From IMG/VR virus record IMGVR_UViG_3300033048_000096: a stretch of DNA of 64,000 nt. One strand, given 5' to 3'. The notes below the pieces were generated by a model. That model was not told the origin of the DNA. It saw only the letters and a list, made by a program, of their open reading frames with translations, and searched no databases. Positions 58,334-64,000 of this stretch are shown piece after piece (position 1 is the stretch's first letter; every line of letters begins with the position of its first letter). A program made the position numbers and the translations under genes. Source of the stretch: a virus.

Positions 58334-58394
58334 ATTCAAATCCCTTCTTTTATTATTCAATATATATTTCGATATAATTATATGGTCGCATCAT

Positions 58395-58811
58395 TTATAA
58401 ATCAAAGATCATGATCGCGTCACTAGAAATGCCGCGTATGCGCTTCCCGACGACAGTAACATTGCAATGATTATTACCAGGAGGAAGGCCTAATGAGAGA
58501 ATAACCTTACTTCGGTAGTATTGATATAGCAAATACACTGAATTCTCATTATGCTTGCTTCTTGCTACGAAATAAATTTTTAAATTCTTATTATTCCCTG
58601 ACCATTCTGCCTCAATCATTTCCAAAATTTTTCCGGTCGTTATCCCAGCCCTTCGTCTTTTGTCTAAGCAATATTGATTTCGTTTGCTTTTTATTTCGAA
58701 ATCTTCGCGCATGATGCCAAATATAATTAAAGAGTCACAATAATTCCTCTGACTCAAATAATAATCTGGCGCAACTAATCCGCAAGCTTTATAAAATTTT
58801 AAATCAGCCAA
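58395..58811 (-). CDS. Hypothetical protein (possible degenerate P-loop fragment)
   Basis: RRRAGITT and IRGISSDAIMIFD. Confidence 0.4.
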   Translation of the reverse strand: MADLKFYKACGLVAPDYYLSQRNYCDSLIIFGIMREDFEIKSKRNQYCLDKRRRAGITTGKILEMIEAEWSGNNKNLKIYFVARSKHNENSVYLLYQYYRSKVILSLGLPPGNNHCNVTVVGKRIRGISSDAIMIFDL

Positions 58812-59228
58812 TCAATCAATCAAATCAGCTATATTCGCGTATATCTCGGCAGACCTAGTTAGATCCAAATCCTTCTTTAACGCTTTGATCGCTAAGTCAA
58901 TTTCTCCGCGAGGCACTCCGTCTTCCTTTGCGTCTGAAATCAATTGACGCCTATCCTCAACCGCATCACCTAAAATATCTTTATATCCTTGAATCACCGG
59001 ATTGTTGCTGATTAAATCAGCTCTATCTTCTCTTAGTAGCTTGATTTTCTCATCTATACTTTTAACCTCATCATTAGACACTACCGCTTCCTTCATATCA
59101 GAACGCGCATCCTTTATCGTTAGGCTAACCTCCTGAAGGTCTTTAATGAATTTACGAATCGTAGCATTATCAGCTACTGTTGCGGCCTTGGCGAGTGGAT
59201 TCACTCGCCCCATTAGAGTGTCGGACAT
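58812..59228 (-). CDS. GapR/DsbA-like double-stranded DNA-binding protein
   Basis: IRKFIKDL...; LISDAKEDGVPRGEIDLAIKALKKD resembles the DUF2312/GapR C-terminus. Confidence 0.4.
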   Translation of the reverse strand: MSDTLMGRVNPLAKAATVADNATIRKFIKDLQEVSLTIKDARSDMKEAVVSNDEVKSIDEKIKLLREDRADLISNNPVIQGYKDILGDAVEDRRQLISDAKEDGVPRGEIDLAIKALKKDLDLTRSAEIYANIADLID

Positions 59229-59266
59229 TAAACTTCCCCATTACTTTATTTGTTAACAAATCGCTT

Positions 59267-62200
59267 TTAAAAGCCGGGCATCTCGACATCGCTGAAGTCG
59301 AAAATTCCCAGTGATAATATTATACGGTCTAGCTCAGATCTTCTCAATGAAATCTTCTTACTATATTCTGAGGCGACTTTAATTCCGTCACTTGCGGGAT
59401 TCTCTCTGGCGCCCGAAGTTCTTGACGTGATATACTCAAGCATATCCTCCTCTATTTTTCTACCTATATCACTGCCATAAACACTCTCACTCTCCTGGTC
59501 TAGCCCACTAAGCTTTAAATATCTAGAAGCATTTATCAGAACTTTGATTTCCGGATGAGCATCTTTCGTAAACCTAATTGAAGAGTTGGGTGACGTTGAA
59601 TATGTGTATTGCAAATAACTACCAGAGTTATTATTATTGTTTCCTGGATTTAGAGAGAAATAATCACCAGCGGACTGAACATACCCAGGAACCTTCTCTC
59701 CATCCTTATTTTCAAAACTTGATACTCCTAAATAATTCCTAGAGATAGGATACTTCTCTGGGTTAGCTAGAAGCTCTCTTGATGTAACATTCTTATACTC
59801 AGAAAATGCTAAAGGCTTTTTTCTTGCGTAAAAGTGCATCAAATCCCTTATTGTGTCAATGTTGTAAACTCTTATTATAAAGTCGATATATCTATCCTTA
59901 TCCTCCTTAGATATGCTAACTCCACGGACCTCCGAATTCATAATAAGCCAATAAGCACGGATCGGATCCTCTATATTAACCCTCGCCATAGGTCTCGCTG
60001 ACATTCCGTCCGGGTCAACATAACTTTTCGTCGTAAGCAAACCCAGGGGGTATGCGTCCAAGCTTCTCAAATGAGGCTCAACCTCAATAGTTAATCTGTT
60101 CTTCTCCTTGGATATAAACTTAGTCAGAATTGTTTCGTCATTATTTATAGCATCTTTGTTACTTAACTTAAACAATCTTATGTTATTTCTTGATGTGCTG
60201 TGAGCAACCATAACCTGAAGCTCTTCCTTTCTCATGCTATTCGCGGAAAGCTTATCAGCCTTTTTACTTTCGGATTTACTCAGATTTTTACCGCTACGTA
60301 TACGACCTCTCCTAAGCAAAAATGAAATATCCATGGGCCTTCCGTCATAATCTATCTCAAACCTATAGCTAGGGATGGGGATTTTATTCGCATAATTAAT
60401 TGCGGGATCGGAGGAGTTGCTCTTAACGAAGAATGGTAAGTTTAATCCAACAAAGCGAAATGAATCCGGATCCGGCGGCCATTTTATTTCCGCACCGGCT
60501 TTCTTAGCTGTAATTCCAAATTGAGAACGACTACCGTCATATCCATTTTCCTCATTTACCCAATAACTTTCGGGCATTACAGTTATGTTACCTGCCTGAT
60601 TGTCCTTGGATATTTCAAGCTTATAATTCTCTGCCTCAATTTTTGTGGCAAATGGCACAACCTCTTTCGTATTTAGGTTTGTAACTACCCACTCCTCCAC
60701 CCTCTTAGTGCCTGGTACATCCAAAATACTTATCACCTTATCTTTAAGAGAGTAAAGGAGAGGCAATCTACGTTTAGTTATTAGAGAATTTCCCATCTCA
60801 GGCTTCGCTGATGTACCGCTAAAAAGTATAGATTTATTTGGAAAACTATTAGAAACTCTTTTGCTTATTTCCTTCTGATCCTTGCCTGACATAAATGATA
60901 GCTTGGATATGATATAACTTTTAGCTCCCTCCATACTTCTCGATGACATCGACTCTCTTCTTGCCCTCTTTAAGTAACCCTCCAACTCTTTCCATGCATT
61001 ATCTATTCTATCCTCATATCTTAAAGTGCCGCTAGGAACTTTAGGTAGCTTATTTCTTCCGTTTAAAGCCTCCAGCATCGTTGTGGGGATTCTCTCTATA
61101 TCCTCCTCGGTTATGCCGCCAACCCACTCTCCATTAGACTCACTTCCGATTATACTCTCGGAAGATGAAAGGTCTATTTTAATATCATATCCTATGTAAA
61201 AATCAGACTGGGGTTCAGCTAGATACTTCAACGAGAATATTGACAGAACTCTAGATAGGTATTGTGCATATCCCACTAAGGCTACTCTACCTACCTGCTC
61301 CGTTCTTCTTCTTTCCTTTATTGACTGAACCTCACTCAACTGAGAGATCTCTCTTACGATATCAGGATTCGCAGAGATAATAGCCTCCGTCACCTTTTTC
61401 GAAAACTGCTCCCTATCTCCTGACTTAACATTTAAGTATATAGAACCATGCTCATTGGATATAGTGCCCTCGTCTAATAACTCTAATAAACTTGATCGTA
61501 TTATTTGCCTAGCAATATCTACTTCGTATGACTCGCCGTTTAATGAATAAATATTCGCTCTAATATAGTCGTACATAGATGTTCCCTTTCTATTTATAGA
61601 GTCAATTAGCCGCCTTCTCATTAGTAGCTTGAGCTGAACCTGCTCGCCATACCCCACAGGAATATCTTCTCCGTCATCGTCCTCTTTGTATATATCAAAA
61701 TATGCAGAAAGGGGCTCTGTAATTCTACTCGAATAAAGAGATATATCTATCTTTCTGTCGTTAAGTATAGCTTTCATCATCCCATCACTAACTACGCCGG
61801 TGGTCCACACTTTAATTATTCTTAAACATGATTTTAAAGCTCTCGATAAGTGAAGAACTTTGTTGCCAAAAGCTTCTGGCCTTATATTTTCATTCTCATC
61901 GTAAACAGATAGTGTACCCGGAATTGGCTCGCTAGGTGGACGATTATAATCCTCATAATCATCCCTACCCTGATTTGCATTCTGAATCACAAAGTTAGAC
62001 TTTTGCGCTAAATCAAGCAAAGACGTCGCGCCAGCACCGGTTATACTCCGATCACTTAATGCTGACTTTTCATTCTCATTTTTTTCTACGTATTTAACTG
62101 TATGTTTAGCATCCAAAAATGACCTTTCGCTACTCCAAACGTTGGCCTTACTACCTATCGATTTTTCGTAAAAAACGAAATCCTTTTTCTCTCCGCTTAA

Positions 62201-64000
62201 GTTATATGGCAAGTTGAAAATTAAAATCGGCCTACTTAAATCCCTCTTGATAGGAAAAACAGTTCTATTTTCTAAAGTAACCCACTCATCATAATTAAGC
62301 TTAGTAAAACCTCGCATTTCCGGGTGGTCTGCGGGCACTAACATATTACTAGGTCGGACTTTAGAACGCAAAACTCTAGGCTTCAAAAGCGATCTTATAT
62401 TATCGTCGCCCTCGGAAGTTATTACATCTCTATAAAGTGAACCCACACTATCTTTGTTGAATATTCCGGCATATTTTTTCCCAAAATTAAGGCTATGCTC
62501 AATGGTGAATCTATGACCAAATGGACATACTAGGGTTAACCCGCCCAAAAGCCTTCTGATCTCGGAATCATCTTTCATATTAATTTCTGATGTCTTTATT
62601 ATATCATATAACTTTTTCATCCTAACTTTGGCGGTGGAGTTTAAATTACTAGCGTTCTCTATATAGCTGTCTAGATTTAGATCTAATTCCATGGTCTCTT
62701 CGACCGTAAAACCTTGCCTTATAAGGTGCTTCATTAGCTTCCTATAATCACCCATGTCAGAAGTTCTTATATTTTGAAAATGCTTCAGGATAAATCCCGT
62801 ACTTTCCGGAGACCTATCATATGCTGACAAAGAGGTGGCCGCTCCGCATACTAAAAATGCCAAAGTACCATCCTTAATGTCCAGATCCAATGACCCATCC
62901 GGATTTGTTGGGTACAGGAAATTATCAGATCCGGCTGGCCCAGGTTTTGATATTGCTATGTTGCCATGCTTATATGAAGTAAGACTCGTTACATCCTTCA
63001 CTCTAGCCGTACATGCGAAATTTAACTTAGAGAACTTATACCCGCCTCTCTGCAATCTCTTGGCTTGATCTAACAAATCTTTATTTTCCCACAAGTCATC
63101 GCCCAATGAATTAGACTTATATTGATCCTTTACGTTATTGGTTCTGGTTCCGTCCCATGAGGGCTGCAAAGATAATCCGCCAGATAACGGAGTGACGCTC
63201 TGAGGAGCAAATGATATTCCACATCCAGAAACTTCGGAATCTCCAGAATCCGAAAAAGGACATTCCGTCATTATATTTTTAACTTGAACATGCTCAGTGC
63301 CTATTGGCCAACCACCAGATAAGCGCAAAGCTTCAGATCTGCGGTGCCACCCCTCCTCCTGCTCGCTTCTGTTATTTGAGTTTAACAACTCCTGAATCTC
63401 TTTCCAAGTTTTTTCCCCGTCTTTGCCGTATCCAATTACTTTTGCTTGCTCAATCTTTAGGTCACTATAAGCGTTTGGTAGGGGTGCCGGCCAACTTCTA
63501 GAATTAAGATATTCTAATGTTACCTTGGGGCGACTTTCATCTCCCGTGTAAAAAGAATAAAGCCTTACGCTGAAGCTAGAATTTCCACCAGGAAATGTAT
63601 CCCTAGCTCTTTTGCTTATATTCCAAGGTATATACTTATGACATGTCGGACACGGCCTGTACTCTACCTTGGGGCTTTGGGACGTCTCATGTTTTACTGC
63701 GCTCTTAAAAATATACTCCCATCTTAAACCTACCGCATCCAGTAAGTTCCTTACTCCATATGTGTTTTCTAGATCAAAATAACTTACAAGATTGTTTATT
63801 GTTACTTGCCTAGAAGTGCTAGACATAGCGGTTCTTATTTCATCTATCATTGAAGAATCTATGTGGTCATTCTTTGGGTCATTTCTTATTACTTTTTCTA
63901 GCGCTTCATTTTCGCCAAACATAATTAGCTTAGCTAAGCTAGGCGCCGCTATAGCTAAAGAAACTGAATATAATGTTTCTCCAAAATCTTCGTCCGAAAC
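59267..64000 (-). CDS. Giant hypothetical protein, 5'-truncated by window edge
   Basis: Frame stays open from 63922 to 64000 (VSDEDFGETLYSVSLAIAAPSLAKLI), so at least 1577 codons; scattered Cys pairs; C-terminal GIKVAS. Confidence 0.75.
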   Translation of the reverse strand, partial: VSDEDFGETLYSVSLAIAAPSLAKLIMFGENEALEKVIRNDPKNDHIDSSMIDEIRTAMSSTSRQVTINNLVSYFDLENTYGVRNLLDAVGLRWEYIFKSAVKHETSQSPKVEYRPCPTCHKYIPWNISKRARDTFPGGNSSFSVRLYSFYTGDESRPKVTLEYLNSRSWPAPLPNAYSDLKIEQAKVIGYGKDGEKTWKEIQELLNSNNRSEQEEGWHRRSEALRLSGGWPIGTEHVQVKNIMTECPFSDSGDSEVSGCGISFAPQSVTPLSGGLSLQPSWDGTRTNNVKDQYKSNSLGDDLWENKDLLDQAKRLQRGGYKFSKLNFACTARVKDVTSLTSYKHGNIAISKPGPAGSDNFLYPTNPDGSLDLDIKDGTLAFLVCGAATSLSAYDRSPESTGFILKHFQNIRTSDMGDYRKLMKHLIRQGFTVEETMELDLNLDSYIENASNLNSTAKVRMKKLYDIIKTSEINMKDDSEIRRLLGGLTLVCPFGHRFTIEHSLNFGKKYAGIFNKDSVGSLYRDVITSEGDDNIRSLLKPRVLRSKVRPSNMLVPADHPEMRGFTKLNYDEWVTLENRTVFPIKRDLSRPILIFNLPYNLSGEKKDFVFYEKSIGSKANVWSSERSFLDAKHTVKYVEKNENEKSALSDRSITGAGATSLLDLAQKSNFVIQNANQGRDDYEDYNRPPSEPIPGTLSVYDENENIRPEAFGNKVLHLSRALKSCLRIIKVWTTGVVSDGMMKAILNDRKIDISLYSSRITEPLSAYFDIYKEDDDGEDIPVGYGEQVQLKLLMRRRLIDSINRKGTSMYDYIRANIYSLNGESYEVDIARQIIRSSLLELLDEGTISNEHGSIYLNVKSGDREQFSKKVTEAIISANPDIVREISQLSEVQSIKERRRTEQVGRVALVGYAQYLSRVLSIFSLKYLAEPQSDFYIGYDIKIDLSSSESIIGSESNGEWVGGITEEDIERIPTTMLEALNGRNKLPKVPSGTLRYEDRIDNAWKELEGYLKRARRESMSSRSMEGAKSYIISKLSFMSGKDQKEISKRVSNSFPNKSILFSGTSAKPEMGNSLITKRRLPLLYSLKDKVISILDVPGTKRVEEWVVTNLNTKEVVPFATKIEAENYKLEISKDNQAGNITVMPESYWVNEENGYDGSRSQFGITAKKAGAEIKWPPDPDSFRFVGLNLPFFVKSNSSDPAINYANKIPIPSYRFEIDYDGRPMDISFLLRRGRIRSGKNLSKSESKKADKLSANSMRKEELQVMVAHSTSRNNIRLFKLSNKDAINNDETILTKFISKEKNRLTIEVEPHLRSLDAYPLGLLTTKSYVDPDGMSARPMARVNIEDPIRAYWLIMNSEVRGVSISKEDKDRYIDFIIRVYNIDTIRDLMHFYARKKPLAFSEYKNVTSRELLANPEKYPISRNYLGVSSFENKDGEKVPGYVQSAGDYFSLNPGNNNNNSGSYLQYTYSTSPNSSIRFTKDAHPEIKVLINASRYLKLSGLDQESESVYGSDIGRKIEEDMLEYITSRTSGARENPASDGIKVASEYSKKISLRRSELDRIILSLGIFDFSDVEMPGF

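Noticed and set aside
168-63501. Short plus-strand and nested ORFs in the track (e.g. 1523, 14682, 23362, 27504, 50522)
   Set aside because: Antisense or alternate-frame shadows of well-supported minus-strand genes with no recognisable motifs.
1-64000. tRNA, rRNA, intron, intein, reverse transcriptase/DGR, integrase
   Set aside because: None recognised by eye; DnaE, RecA and TerL look uninterrupted. A tRNAscan/Infernal run would be needed to exclude small RNAs.
1-64000. Bacterial chromosome origin (dnaE, recA, groEL, cca present)
   Set aside because: These genes are divergent and embedded in a single-strand phage gene array with a full head module and no ribosomal or metabolic operons.

Overview
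This window is a 64-kb slice of a large (jumbo-type) tailed dsDNA bacteriophage genome. It uses the standard genetic code, is AT-rich and densely coding, and almost all genes lie on the minus strand; the only credible plus-strand gene is 16468..17574. In transcription order (right to left) it holds: (1) a 5'-truncated giant hypothetical protein; (2) a replication/recombination block (DnaE, UvsY-like, SSB, RuvC-like, GroEL, RecA, DnaG core, sigma-region-4 HTH); (3) a head block (many internal-head-like proteins, a CCA-adding/poly(A)-polymerase-M15 peptidase fusion, gpA-type terminase, portal, a DUF192-HAD fusion, prohead protease-scaffold, two decoration paralogs, HK97-type major capsid protein); (4) an accessory island (HNH zinc-finger duplication, ADP-ribosyltransferase-fold protein, small paralogs); (5) neck/adaptor proteins, a lysis-like membrane cassette and two tandem giant tail-fibre/spike-like paralogs. 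Three free-standing zinc-module-array PD-(D/E)XK endonucleases are inserted. The most interesting signal is an apparent virion cargo system. Head-region proteins share a recurring hydrophobic-x-K-x-[A/S] motif (candidate prohead-protease site) and a ~30-aa helix-Gly-helix module (candidate capsid-targeting tag). These mark enzymes resembling RNA end-processing proteins (CCA nucleotidyltransferase, HAD phosphatase, Tpt1/ART-like) and a peptidoglycan peptidase. Two intergenic CAGAGATTCG repeat loci appear to coincide with strand-skew switches and are candidate origins. All calls come from motif reading by eye; no searches were run.
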